Shown here in pieces: positions 13,104-26,400 of a stretch of DNA of 64,000 bases. Under the pieces are notes generated by a model that made no database searches, was not told the DNA's origin, and saw only the letters and a list, made by a program, of their open reading frames with translations. The position numbers and the translations under genes are program-made. Positions within the stretch are counted from its first letter, which is position 1. Every line of letters starts with the position of its first letter. The DNA is from Peribolospora baueri. Its lineage: Eukaryota. The stretch covers positions 1 through 64,000 of the forward strand of contig JAMDHS010000003.1 of the NCBI GenBank assembly GCA_029717555.1. The letters are read 5' to 3'.

Positions 13104-13222
13104 GGATGAATGATGGAGGACGGATGATGGAGGATGGATGGATAGCGGATGGATGGCGGGCGGGCGAACGGATGGATGATGGATGGATGGCGAACGGATG
13201 ACGGATGGGCGACGGATGGATG
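13104..13222. repeat. Degenerate (GGAT)n tract in the ligase/transporter divergent intergenic region
   Basis: Imperfect GGAT/GGATG/GACGGAT units read directly. Confidence 0.7.
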
Positions 13223-14406
13223 CAGCATGGCTTGCCTCCTCTCTTCTCTCTTCGCTCTTGGCGTCTCCCTTTCGTAGTAGCCGCCCAGACTTTCCTTACT
13301 CCCGCCTGCTCGACGCAACCCCGCCGACGTGAGCATGCGACTACAGGGCTGTATGTGCGCACCCCACGTCAAGACGCTCACGAGCCACGTTAAGGGGCTG
13401 GCGGAAGCCGTCGCCGTCGTCGTCCTTCTGTCTGCGTCACTTGGCACCGCGCGACGGGGATCCGCTCCCATCACCTATCTCAGTAGGTTCCGCGTCGTCG
13501 ACAGACGATCGCTTTTGCTTTCTCTATCCATGTGCCCACCTGTTCCACCATCTCTCCGATCGCGCGCGTGCCATACTAACCCCGAGGACTGGAAGGTTTC
13601 GTAGGACTGTCCGACTTTCGTGGCCGGCCCTTCACGTATCCGACCTTGGCAGCTCGCGAGCAAATCCACCTATCCGGCCTCTCCCGACGCCCGTCTTCCG
13701 CTCGCCTCCTGTGGGGTTCTCACCCAGACCCCACTCCATCCCTACATTCTCCGGGGCCCCGTCGCGCCCGCGTACGGACTCTCGGCACGCGCCACCTTCG
13801 TCACCCTCGTCCTTCTCAGCGCCTATTCTCCACACGGCCAACCTATGGCATGTCGCACCCGGGCGGCACCTGCCTGCCCCTCGTGTGGCTTTCACCTGCC
13901 GTCAGGACCGCCTGGAACGCTTCTCTCCCGTCCTTCCACCCCTTCTCTTGCACGCCCCCTGCTGTCAAGGATGTTTTACATATCCCTTTAGTGTCTTCGA
14001 CATCGCCTCATCGCCGACGCGCATAGCTTGCGCAGCCAGTGTTTACAAAAGGAACCAGATGTCCTTCGTTCCCGTCAACGCGGAGGGGCCGAGCTGGCAC
14101 GTTTTCCCCGCACTACCAACGACCGAGCCTGGGTGGTTTGTAGAGCAAGCTTGCTCCCAACGTCCCCGCCGTTCGTCCTCGCCGTGTCGGGCGTCATCGG
14201 GTACCTGCTTCGCGGATGGACGAAATGTCGGGGCCCCTCACCCCGCACCTCTTGCATTGCGATGCGATGTGCTCTTGAGGTTATCCGAGGAGCGCGCGAC
14301 CATGACATGATTGATCCATATCGCCCCAACCGCTCGAGCCTTCGGATGCTTGGTTCAGCTGCCAGCAAGGTGCACCCTCATGGTCGGTCCATCGGTCTCG
14401 GACGCG

Positions 14407-14413
14407 TATATAA
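14407..14413 (+). promoter_or_regulatory. TATA box of Ady2-like gene
   Basis: TATATAA about 140 nt upstream of ATG 14548, followed by a pyrimidine-rich leader. Confidence 0.55.
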
Positions 14414-14547
14414 GGTGACGCTTCTCCGACCCTCGCGAAGCGACCTTTTTTTTCGCCCCCGCCGCCTTCCTCCGCCCTCGCATCTCTTTCTCGTTCGATC
14501 GACCACATCTTGTTCAAGCGAGTTCGACGCAGAGCACCGACCCGACC

Positions 14548-16349
14548 ATGTCCGATACCAAAGCGCACATCAACGACGCCGCCGCGTCTCAGCAGCCTAG
14601 CGAGAGTTATGCCGGAGGCGGAAACCTGCAGCAGAACGTGAGTCACCGAGTCTTCGCGTCCCCGATTTGACGCGTCGAGTCTCCTCCTAACACATGACAG
14701 AGCCCTCCCCCCTGCCTTCTCGCATACCCCGTCGCTGGCGATCGACTAGATCTCCACCGTCGAAGGCCGGCACTACCCGCGCGGCGCGACCTACGAGGCG
14801 GAGTACTTTGATTCCAAGCCCACGCCTACTTTCCGGCAGCTCGCACGCATCGGTAATCCGGCGCCGCTGGCGCTGGCCGGTTTCGCTTCCACCTTGTCCA
14901 TCGTTTCCTTTGCCCTCATGCAGTGGGGCGGCGAGCAGTACACCGATCTCGCTTCCTCCGTCGGCACGATCACCTTTTTCGGCGGTTTGGCCATGTTTGT
15001 CGGCGGTCAATGGTGAGCGGTCCGAAGGAGCCGACGACGACGCGAACATGGCTAACACGGCGGAAACCGCGTTTCGCTCGTTTCCCGCCTTCAGGGAGCT
15101 CGTCACTGGCAACTCTTTCGCCTACGTGGTGAGTGCGAGACGCTCCTCCTCCCAAACGAAGAGCGCTTGAGGCGGAGCGTCGGTCGACTGACCCCGCACC
15201 CCCACGCCACCTAACCCCCCCCCCCCCCCCCCCCCGCCGCCGCCCGACAGGTCTTCTCAAGCTTTGGCGCCTTCTGGTGAGCGTTCCTCCGTGCTAGGCC
15301 TAAATGCGCTCGTAATCCTCAGAGCTGCCTCCAACTCAAAGTTCTTTCCTCCGTTCACCCATCAGGCTCGGATTCGGCGCGTGAGCACCTCTTTCTGTCC
15401 CGCCCCGTGACGACGACGTGTTGGCCTTGTCACTGATGCTCGTCCTCGCTCGATGCGCGGTCGCAATACGTCCAGCATCTTCAACGGCTCTTTTGGAGTG
15501 GCCCAGGCGTATTCCGCCATGGGCGAAGCCGGACCGAGGGCCAACGCGCTCTCACTCGGTTTCTGGATGTGAGTAACGACGCACGGCTCCCTCACCACTC
15601 CTAGAAGCGCTACTGTGCAGACGCTGATCGTCGGCGGCGGCTGTCTCTCTCCGTCCCTTCGTTCCTGTCTCCGATCGTCAGGATCACGTACTGCGTTCTA
15701 ATCGGCATTTATCTTATTGTGCGTGGCGACACCTCATCATCTCATCCATCCCTCTTCCCTTCTCTCTTCCATACGTGCTGATCGCGCCGTGACTCAACCC
15801 GATTCCCATTCCCCCAACCCGTTTTACGCCGGTCGGCATCCGCGCTCCCCTTTCCCCTCGCTCACAGGTGTCTCTCCGTACCAACGTGGTCATGATCTGG
15901 ATCTTTGTCCACCTCGAGGTCTGTGTCGTCCTTCTCGCCGTCATCTACTGTCGCTCCACCTCGATGAGCGTGACGGCCTTGAAGCACACGACCACCGTCT
16001 CGGGTGTGTTCGGGTTTTTGTGCGCTCTTGGAGGGTGAGTCGAGTGCCGTCTCCTTTTGGCTTTTTCGAGTCCGTCCAGCTGACAGACGGCGGGGACTGT
16101 CGCTTCTTTCGCTCCGCTCCCTCCTCTCCCGCGTCTCAAGATGGTACCTAATCTTGGTGCAGATGCTCGCCGACGTGAGTGCCGTCCCTCTTCGCCCTCG
16201 TCCGACAACGGCAAGGCAAGCGCGAACATGCTCAAACGGTGCCCTCTCGTCCCCTTCTCCCACCGCAGGTCGGCTACCCGATCAAGCTTCCCGTCGGAGA
16301 CATGACCCCCAAGCTGGCCGCCCGGGACGCACCAGCCAAGCAAGCGTAA
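14548..16349 (+). CDS. GPR1/FUN34/YaaH (Ady2/Ato) acetate/carboxylate transporter, multi-exon with 15-nt exon 15366-15380
   Basis: IGNPAPLALAGFA (variant of the NPAPLGL motif), FFGGLAMFVGGQW|ELVTGNSFAY, FSSFGAFW, SLRTN, KLPVGD. All junctions reconstruct in frame; stop TAA at 16347-16349. Confidence 0.9.
15215..15235. repeat. C21 homopolymer inside an intron
   Basis: Read directly; it follows a CTAAC branch-like motif. Confidence 0.85.
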
Positions 16350-16640
16350 TCTGTGACACGCCTCACATCCGCGCACGGAAGGAACGACACAACCACGTTT
16401 TATTCGTTCATAATGATGTTAGGGGGGAGGTTACTTTCAGGTCGCGTCGCGTCGCTTCGTCGTATATTTCTCCTTGCCACACAAGCACACATACACGGGT
16501 CCCTCGTGAGGCCATGCATGGCATGAATGAGCCCACGTACATCGCCGCCGGGCCCCCGCCCGTGGCCCTACCTTACCTGTCCGTCGTATACGCGTCACCC
16601 CGCCCCGACGTTGTCGTTGCAATTTACCCTCTCCGTTTCC

Positions 16641-16721
16641 CTGCACTGCACTGCACTGCTCGTGTTCGCCGTCGCGCTTCGCATGGCATGGCGTAGCATG
16701 GCATGGCAAGGCGTGGCATGG
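16641..16721. repeat. Short pentanucleotide repeats (CTGCA)n and imperfect (GCATG)n
   Basis: ctgcactgcactgca and gcatggcatggcgtagcatggcatggcaaggcgtggcatgg. Confidence 0.6.
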
Positions 16722-18808
16722 ACGCTTGCCAGCCTAGCACGACACGTCCAAATACCGTATCCTGTATCGTGCATCGCTCTCTTTGGCTTCAGCGTGTGGC
16801 CGCGCTCTACTCTACTCGGTCGGGACCAGCAGGAGGTCGTGGGAGCGAGCGGCGAGGGGCTAGGAGCGAAAATGAATCCCCGTCCCGTCCCTCCAGCCAG
16901 CCTCCTTTGGTAGGGTGGGCGTTGTTGACGTGAACATGCAGGCTTCGTCGGCTCGGCCAGTGAACGAGGTGACTTTTGCTCATGGATGCGCCCCGCCCGG
17001 ATAAGTCAGAAGGGGGGCGGAGGTACAGGAACAGGAACAAGAGGGAGCGGGTCGGAGCGGAGGGGTTTAGCCCTCTGCCTCCGGTGGGTGACTCGGCGCT
17101 CGCCGGCGACCAACGAGCGGTAGTACGAGCGGAATGAGTTCGAGAAGAAGAGCGGCGGTGGGACAAAAGGGGTCGATCAGCTTGTCGTGGTCAAAGTCGC
17201 GACGACGGCAGACGGACTTCCACCCACGGAAAACGTCCGGCTCGAGTCCCGTCCGTCAGCCAAGCGAGGGCGAGCCGCTCGAGATGGTATATCTGAGGCG
17301 AGCTCGGGCACGATGGACGGCCACTCCAACCCCAGTTCCGAGTCTCTGCCCGTCGTCCCACCCCTCCCAGCGACGCACTGGCGGCCAGTTTTCCGTCTCG
17401 TCTCGCACCGGCTGGAGCCGTCTTCGGACATCCAGGGCAACTGAGAAGCCGTCCTTGACGCTCCTGCTCCCTCCCGCCGTATCGCATTTTCGTTCTGCCC
17501 ATTTCGTGCGGCACACTGCGGGACTGTTACTGGCGCTCGTATTAATCAAGGCGCTTTTGTCAACGACGGTAGCGTAAATGAGAGGCGGCGTCAAGCTGGC
17601 GGAAGCAGATTTCCTCCCCTTTCCCTTTCCTTTCCTTTCCTTTCGTCACCTCGAGCGGCCAACGAGCGCCTTCGTCAGCGGGCTTTACAAGGAGAGCACG
17701 GTGGTAGTTCCGGCGGCGCACGTTCTGCTCACGCGAGCGGAACGCTGGCTTGAATTATTCATGTTCTTGTTGGGCAGGCTAGCTCTGTCCTCACCTCTTT
17801 GGCGGAGCGCACTCGCACGCGACTCTCCCGTCCCGGACTTGACGTACGGTATGCGAACTGGTGCCCACGGCCGAACTCGCACATCGTCCTTCTTTGGCGC
17901 CCCAACCGGAATGTCACTATCGCTGCCACCAGTGTTTAGGTGCTTTCTTGGAAGGCGACACAGCTGAAGAGGCATCACTGGCATCCGGACGCCTACGTTA
18001 GACGCCGTCCCGCCAACGACGCCACACCTCTACGGCTGCAGCTCGCAGGCGGATTCGACGGATGATACTCCAAGACGTTGACCAATCTTCTCTCCCTATC
18101 TCTATCAGTCTTCTCTCCCGTCCCTCGCCTCGCCGCCCTCGTCCCTCCTCCTCGATCGATGATGCACTCGCCCACGCTTATTAAGGAATAAGAAATAGTC
18201 CGCCTCTTCAAATTAATTAATTTGAGAAAAAGTACTCTTGTAACTGCTGGAGGATCCGTAACGTAACGAACGCGCTAACACGGGCAAAATGGCACCCCAT
18301 CGCTGCTCGCCGGCCGGCCGGTCAAGTTCGTGCCAGGCAGCTGTGCGTGCCTTTCTCTCGTGTCCTCCCTCTTCCTCCCTTTGTCCTAATCGTCATCGCT
18401 GATTGCTTCTGGGCTGCTTTCACGCACCAGCGGCCGCTACTGACATGGAACTCCGTCAGTCGCCCGTACGCGAACGCCCGCTCGTGTGAGGACGGACGCG
18501 GGGACGCCCAGCCGCTGTGCACGTACTCTACTGTCCTCTGTGGTCGGTCGAACATTCGCTAAACCTACTAGGCCCCCTTTGACCCGTCTCTGGTGCGTTC
18601 TATTTGCGTGCAGATCTTTTCATCTTTCTCCCTTTGCCACGCCGCGAGCTGACTGGACCCGACTTTGCAGTCACCTTGTGCGCCGTCCCTCTCGTTCTCC
18701 GCTCTGCCACCGCCCCTGCCGCGCTTGCCACAGGGACCTTCATGCGCCGCGGCCTCGCTGAGCGATAGGCTGGCCAGGCCGAGCATCGACTACAGTATGA
18801 GCCCCTGG

Positions 18809-18818
18809 CACATATAAA
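18809..18818 (+). promoter_or_regulatory. CACATATAAA TATA element of secreted protein A
   Basis: 211 nt upstream of ATG 19020; the same 9-mer lies 212 nt upstream of paralog B. Confidence 0.6.
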
Positions 18819-19019
18819 GCTGTGGGTAGAGGTGAGGCCATCTTTGGCCGCACTCTGCTCTCATCACCACTGACCCCCGTCGTGTGCGTTTGACTTCCAT
18901 ATCGTCACGTCCTCCCCCCACGCTCTTTTTCCCTACACCCTCTTTTCAAGCCCAGGCCAGCTTTCTACCCCGTTAGTACATCTTGTACCCCCTTCTTCCG
19001 TATCCCTACACTACCCACC

Positions 19020-19919
19020 ATGTACGGCCTTCGCAATTTCTCCATCGTCCTCCTCGTCGCCCTCGTCGCCCTCTTCGCCTTCTCCGGAGTCGAGGCACAC
19101 AGGCCCCTCCGTCGTGACCACTCCGTCCTTGCTCGCTCCGCTTCCGCTTCCGTGGACGTCCAGGTCACCGAGGTTAAGGTCGACGTCGATGTGAAGGACC
19201 CCGCGGGATCGATGGAAAAGCTTTTCTGCGAGCTCAAGTCTTCCGTTTCTGCTCCGTTGTCTGAGATCCGTGAGTCGTGGGCTAGGGCCAACCTTATGAG
19301 ACCAGGTCGCGGTCTTTTCGGAGCGCTTGTTTTGTCATGACACTGACGGATGCCGCTCTCGGCGATCCCTTGCCCTGGCTCGACGTTCAGAGGGCCTCGT
19401 TTCGTCCAACAAGTGCGCCGCCTCCGATCTCAGCCAAGCCATCTCGGAGATCGACTGCGCGATCAAGAAGGTCCTCTCTGGCGTTCAGGAGCTCTCCAAG
19501 GAGCACGCTTCGTGCGCCGTCTCGCAGATCTCCCAGGCGACGAAAGACGAGCTGAAGAAGGCCCTCGAAGACGTCCTTTGTGAGCTCAGGTCGACCCTTG
19601 ACAAGGTCCTCGGCGCCAACGTCCCCGGCATCGGTCCTGTCCTGTCCCCCCTCATTGCCGACGTCAACGAGGTCTTCTGCACCCTCGATACCGTCATCAA
19701 CGGCGCCCTTGAGCTCGTCAGCGACGTGTGAGTCTTGGCGTCGTCGCAATCTCGCCCCAGTTCTTCGTCTACCTTCACGGTCCGTCGTTCCTGATCCATT
19801 TCTCTTTTCGCTCTCCCTTCCCGCGCCGTGTGTGCAGTCTCTGCGATATCTCCAAGACCCTTAGTGGCCTCGGCCTCGGCGGCCCCATCGCCGAGTTGAA
19901 CAGTCTCATCGGCCTCTGA
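19020..19919 (+). CDS. Small secreted helical protein A (SC15-like by resemblance), 3 exons, 7 Cys
   Basis: Signal peptide MYGLRNFSIVLLVALVALFAFSGVEA; introns 19270-19390 and 19728-19837; ends KTLSGLGLGGPIAELNSLIGL*. Confidence 0.8.
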
Positions 19920-20378
19920 ACTCGGCCCGTGGGCCATCCATCTCCTGGACCGACGCCTAGTTTCTACAAGAACGTACCCTTGGGCAGGTGTATGATATTC
20001 TCCCCGCCTTCGTTGCGTGCTGGCTCCCTTTCGGTCGATCGTCGCTCTCCATCCGTCTGGCGTCCGTCGTGTCGACCTGAGATCGCTCCTGTATACCCTC
20101 TTTTAATCACCCTTAGTCATCGTCTTCTTGCCTTCTCTTGACGTCGTGAACTCTTTTGCTAAAACAAGAGATCATTCACGTTTGATTGCGCGCTTTGAGT
20201 ACAGAGGCTATCGTAGCAGAACCCGCTCATAAATAACCCCAAGGCGTAACTTAAAGATGACATAGACAAAACGAGACGCAAGGAGGACGATGACGGCTTC
20301 CTGTTCTTCAAGTCCCACCCATTTCGGCTGCCTAACGCGTTCTTGCATTCGACGTTCCGCACGTGCCCGCCTACCGTT

Positions 20379-22516
20379 TCATTCGATATCTTGAACAGCT
20401 TTGCCCGTCGCCGCCGTCGTCAACGCCTCACCGCCTCCCTCTTCCACATCATCCGCAACTGCGTCACCGCTACCAGCGGTCCTCTTATCGTGGCTCCGCA
20501 AATGATCCTCAAAGACGATCTGGGCGTCATATTCGAAGAGGTTCTGAAGCGCTTTTGTGTTCTTCCACAGGAGCATGTGCTGGATAGTGACGACAGAAAC
20601 GGAATGTCAGATGACGACATCATGTCGGCTTCAGCTTCGCTGCTCCTCGATCTCGGGCGGAGAGAGCTCACCGAATCGTTCGGAGGACTGCGGAAACGCT
20701 CATCTCTGACGCGCATCATTTCTTCGTCATCGGTCTCGAAAATGTACTTTTTGGCCAGCGCCATCTCATTGATCTTCTTCGTCCGGGGCTTGCGGAGGGA
20801 GGTGTACCTGCTGAAGGCGGAGTGCAGGTCTACGATGGTGGGACGGCCTGTACGATGATGGACGGCTGAAGGTGCAGATGCTGAGGTGGAAGAGGGGGCG
20901 TTAGTTGTAGGGCCGATGGAGTGCAGTATGGACAGGAGGAGGATGTCAACGTCTGATCCAGTAAAAGAGAGACGTGAACCGTGCATGGGAGAAGGACAAG
21001 TCAGCTGGGCTGGCGTTTCAGAGGCAGGACCCTTTTTCGCTATCATCATACCCTCAAGACCTTGAGAAAGTCCTTGTCCCTTTGAATTCCAAACCAAAAG
21101 CGCGATGAGCGAGGTTATGAAGTGTGAGGCATCAGCTCCGAGTTGTACAAGGGTTGTCGACATACCACAAAAGGCAGCATGGCGTGTGCGGCGTCACCTA
21201 TGAGGACCAGTCGTCCGCCATACCAACTGGGAACAGCGCCACGGTAGACCATACCGATGCGAGTGCCTTCTTGCATACTGAGGATCAGAGTGCGGAGTCT
21301 TGAAGATGCGGGGAGCGTGACAATGGTGATGACAGAGGATGACATGATACAGGGAGGACATCCCACGGTTTTAGCTTTGTGGACTTGTGCGGATGGACAC
21401 CTAAAATACCGAGGACCTTAGCCTTGGGCTTAGCCATCCTCACCTTGGATCCCAGTTCTCGTAGTACTTCTCCACTTTGGCAATGTCCTTGACAGCTTCC
21501 CAAGCCTCTCGGCATCCGTCATCTTCGCGGCTCGTCAATAGAGCGTAGTATTTTCCATGCGAGACGGGGAAACTGCCACCAAAAAGTCATGTTCGATCAG
21601 GGGGCGTTCAACTCCATGAAATGAGTTACGTTCAAGTGTCAACGTCTACCCCTGAACTCACCAGATAGCATGCGCTCGAGGCCCGACCCACACATTCGTC
21701 CTTCCCATCAGCTGGCACAGAGCAGGATTGTGCTTGACCACCTCGGCGGGGATGATGGAATTGTCAGAGCAGTTTCCGCTCCGCTGTAAAGCCCACTCAG
21801 CTTTGGGCACCCGTCCCTTCGCCTTCTTGTCAGTTTTGTGCTCGTCGGGAAGCTCAGGGTTTAAAACCGCTTGGCAGAAGGAGTTGATGCCGTCAGCTCC
21901 TATGATGATGTCCGCCACCAGATGCCTCTCTTCAGCAACTCCGTCAGGCAGAGCACTGGAATAATGAACGGCTCCCGTCGGGGGATCGACTTCCCTGACT
22001 GTGACACCGAAGTGAATGTCCACACCGAGGTTGAGGGCCTGCTGGTACATGTAGTTGTTCAAGTCGCGTCTGCGGATCGTCATGTCGGGCGCAAGCGCCG
22101 TCGCTTCGGGAGTCCGCTCGTCTCGCCTGACTGTCGTGAGAAGCTCTCCGTGGTGGTTTATAAAGTTCCAGGCTTCCGTTGCCACGGCGCCTGCTTCGAG
22201 AAGCCCCTCGGTGAGGCCGTGCTTGGCTAGGACCCTTCCGGCGTTTCGGGCCAGGACGATGCCTGCGCCGCCCTACGTCGAAACGAGATTGCAGACGTAG
22301 TTGAGCGGTTAGAAATGTAGCCGTACGCAGTTTGGAAAGAGCTGAACAAGCTCGGATAGACGAGCTCACCACAGGCACCCCAGCTCCTTTCTCCAGCAGA
22401 GTCACTTGAAACCCATTTTGAGAGAAAATGACCGCGGTGCTCAGACCGACAGGTCCGCCGCCCACGACGACGACAGTAGTCGGGTTATCTGAGCTCGAGT
22501 TTCGGGCGTGAAGCAT
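20379..22516 (-). CDS. FAD-dependent monooxygenase (salicylate hydroxylase-like, group A)
   Basis: VVVVGGGPVGL, GAGIVLARNA, IRRRDL, ADIIIGADGINS, RLVLIGDAAHAMLPFV|GQGLSQGLE|D, Y..LRKPR; last exon WKNTKALQNLFEYDA. Confidence 0.9.
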
Positions 22517-23445
22517 CTCTGGTTGGGCGAGTGGCGACAAATGCAGGAAATGTCGATGGGGATGAGAAATGGGTGGTACGAGGAGACGCGAGGGAAGGAG
22601 ATAGAGGGACGAGACTTATTCATGTGGGGTCGCCAATCGCCCTGGGGTTAAGGCTCTGACGTGGTCAGGTGGGCTCTAAGACTGTCAAGGGAAAGAGAGT
22701 CAGACAGGTAGTGAATCTGACACTTGGCCGTAGTGTTGTCCGCTCAAGTCGGCGTTTGCTGCGACGGAACAGCAAAGGCGCTGGAGAACAACATGATGCG
22801 GAGCACTCCACCCAGGAAAAGTGTCGCGGTTACCAAATCGCCTGTGCACAAAGTGACCCATGTCAAGCGCTGAGCCCTACGCGAGCGAGGGAAAGAACAC
22901 GGATGTTTGATAGACACGCCTTCAAGCAAGTCGTCTTGTCGTGTCCATCATGGGCGCGAGTAAGCCTTGATCGCTATCTATCAGTCGCCGCTGCGGCAAG
23001 GGCCGGATTGCTCCTCCTATCATCACGCTCATAACAAAGCCATGTCGCAACATGATAAACATGATCCTCATCGCCATCGTTGATCATAATGTCTTGGCTT
23101 TTTGCTGACTATCGCGCGGGCATCCTGGTAGCATCCTGTTGGCTGCATTCGTGCTTAACAGGTACCATGAAAAGACGGATTAAATACGGTTCCGGCCCTG
23201 TTGACGGACGCCTGTCTCGCCGCGAGACCGCCCTTTCCCGCTCTTCTGACTTCCGGTCACCTCATCCCCTCAGGTGAACCAGCTCGGGCCGTTGTCTCTG
23301 GTTCTCTCTATAATCGACTGCCTGTTCTGCATGCCCTTACTTATGATACATCCAGAGTCTGGAACAGCGAGCACAGATCTTTGTGCCATAAAGCTCAGGG
23401 TAAGGCTTTCTGTACGGCGCCACTGATTGTCACCTCACAGCAACT

Positions 23446-26400
23446 ATGGATCCTCCAATGTCACCGCCCAGACATGATCAGCATGTTCTCTGCTTCTCAT
23501 CGCAGGGCACAGACTTTCTGCCCACTATTGCTCAATTTCTCAAGCAATGCGAGCGTCAGCCCAAGCGCTTCGCCGCGCTCAGTCTCTTTCTCGACCAGAC
23601 CGCGTCTACTCTGCGTCACGACGTCAAAGCCGCCAACATTCCTGGCGTAGCTAGCTGCGACTTTCTCAGGCTTCTCGGCTTGTGCTCCTCAACTGAAAGC
23701 CCGGCGAGCGAAAGTTTGTGGGATTCTTTCTTGCCCATCGAGCGTCACATCAAGAGACATGGCAGTTTTACAGCTTCGGCACACATGATCTCTCAGATCG
23801 GTCTCTACCTCTGGTGGCTCACCGACGGCGATCTAAACCAGGAAGAAGTCGTCAGCATGAAGGCCGAGGATGCTGTGGACTGGCAGATAGGCGTATCAGG
23901 CTTCTCTTCTGGCTTCCTCGCGGCTGCCATCGTCACATACTCAAGGAATCTCACCGATCTTATCTCCAATGGAGTTCAAGCAGTCAGACTCGCGTTCTGG
24001 ATTGGGTTGGAGGCACACAAAGTTCGGCAGGAGGAGGATACTGAGGCCAACCTTTTGTGCTCCTGGTGTTTAGCCGTGAACGGCGTCGACTTCCGGCGTA
24101 TCCAGGAGCTAGTCAAGGTGTTCAACGAAACTGTGAGCCTAAGGTCCTGTCAGATTGAGCGAGTACAATTTGCACTAACACGCCCTTTTATATTTTGGAA
24201 GCTTGACGGTAATGACGGACGCCCTATTTCTCAACTCTACGTCAGCGCTGTCGCTACGCCGACGTGCGTTACGGTGAACGGACCGCACAGCGCCCTGCTA
24301 GCCTTTCGACAGCGTCTCGAGAAGGACGGCAAGACGAACTCGACGGACAAGTCAACGTTGTTTCTAGACCTTTTTACACCTTATCATTCCCGCCAACTAC
24401 TTACTACGGCCCACGAAACCGTTATCGGACACACCCTACTTCACGACATCCAGTTCATTTTCACGCCCAATTCCCGCATTGTTCTCCTTTCGCCAGTCGC
24501 TGGCACCGAAGTGACGTTGGTTGGCGGCCCCTCGGTTTCGCACGGCGACGAAATCGTTCGGACCGTCTGCGACTCTCTCCTTTTGGAGGCGTGCCGCTGG
24601 GACGAAGTATGCAGCTCCGTAGTCGACATGTTTGCCTCGGGTCCGTCTTCGGCCATGCAGATCACTGTCTTCGGTCCCAACGTCGGCTTCGCTCGTCAGC
24701 TGCGTGAGCATGTGATTGCCAGTTCGGGCCGCATGCCCGCAGATGTTTTCCTTGATAGGGTCACAGCCCGAATGGCGGGGGCGCCACGACAGCAAAGGGA
24801 CGCCAAGGAGAAGGTTGCCATCGTCGGGTTAGGATGTAGGCTTCCGGGCAACGTGGAGGAGCCGGAGGAATTGTGGGAGCTGCTCAAAGAGGGCGGCTGT
24901 ACCATGGAAGAGGTGAGCATCAGACGCTGGAGCTGAACATGAGGTATAGCTCTCTAACGCTCCTTTGTATCTTCAAAGGTACCGCCATCACGCTTCGATG
25001 TCAATGACTATTGCTCCGAAACGGGAGAGGAGCGGAACAAGATGAGAGCCCGGTACGGCCATTTTCTTTGCGAACCAGGTGCTTTTGACGCAAACTATTT
25101 CAACATGTCCCCTCGTGAGGCGCTCAACACCGACCCCCAGCAGCGCAACCTTCTCGAGACTGCGGTCAAAGCCCTAGATGATGCCGGGTATCAGCCAGAC
25201 AAGGGGGCGTGGCAACGAACCCGTATTGGATCCTTTGTGGGAGTGGCTACCGATGATTACCACCAGGCGAGTGACGGCTCATAGATCAAACGTTCGCGCA
25301 TTGGCTCTTCCTTACCTTTTTTTGGGCGGCCCCGCAGAACATTGCACAAAATATCGACTCGTACTACTGTCCGGGCACCATACGAGGCTTCGCGGCGGGT
25401 CGTCTTAGCCACTTCTTCAAATGGGAAGGACCTTCGCTCACCTTGGACACGGCATGCTCATCCAGCATGGTTGCCGTGCACGAGGCTTGTCAGGCGCTGC
25501 GCACCAACGAGTGTGACGCTGCACTGGCTGGGGGCGTCAGCATCATCTCTGCTCCAGAGATGTTCATTGGCCTCAGCAAGGGATACTTCATCTCGAACAC
25601 GGGAGGTAGCAAGACCTTTGATGAGACTGCCGACGGGTACTGCAGAGCCGAGGGGTTCGGTGTCGTTGCCCTCAAGCGCCTGAGCGATGCAATCAGAGAT
25701 GAAGATCGTATTCATGCCACCATCGTCGCGTCGGGCACCAACCAAAGCGGGACGTCCGAATCCATCACCCACCCGCATGCGCCAACTCAGGCCAAATTGT
25801 TCAAGCAGAACTGCGAGCAGGCAGGAATCGATCCGCTCTTTATCAAAGTTGTCGAAGCGCACGGCACTGGTACTCAGGCTGGTGACGTTAACGAGATGGC
25901 GAGCATTCAGGAGGCGTACTGTCGAGCGCGTCCATCGAGCGACCCCCTTTACGTGAGCGCTCTGAAGCCCAACATCGGTCACTCTGAAGCCGCTTCGGGT
26001 ATCTCCAGTTTGCTCAAGGCGGTCTTGATGCTCAAGCACAAACAAGTCGTACCTCACAAAGGGGTCATCACCCGTCTCAACACCAAGTTCAGGTCGCTCG
26101 AGGAAACTAGCATCAAGATACCGACCACCGTTGAGGACTTCCTGCCCGCGAAAGGATGCGACAGGCGCATCATATCGGTGAACAACTTTGGCGCTCCAGG
26201 TGGTAACGCAAATGTCGTCGTGGAGGAATATCTCGAACACCGGCGTGAACAGGATGTCAGCCCCAGGACACATCACGTTGTCTTGCTCTCGGCCAAGTCG
26301 GACGTCGCTCTCATCACGACAGCTCAGAAATTGGCCCAGTCACCTGGCCTTGCGACGATGAGCCTCGCGGATCTGTCTTATACAACGACCGCCCGCCGCG

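Noticed and set aside
16400..18800. 2.4-kb gene-free stretch with an AT-rich patch near 18178-18235; considered as ncRNA or transposon relic
   Set aside because: No terminal repeats, transposase/RT motifs or RNA-gene signatures recognisable by eye
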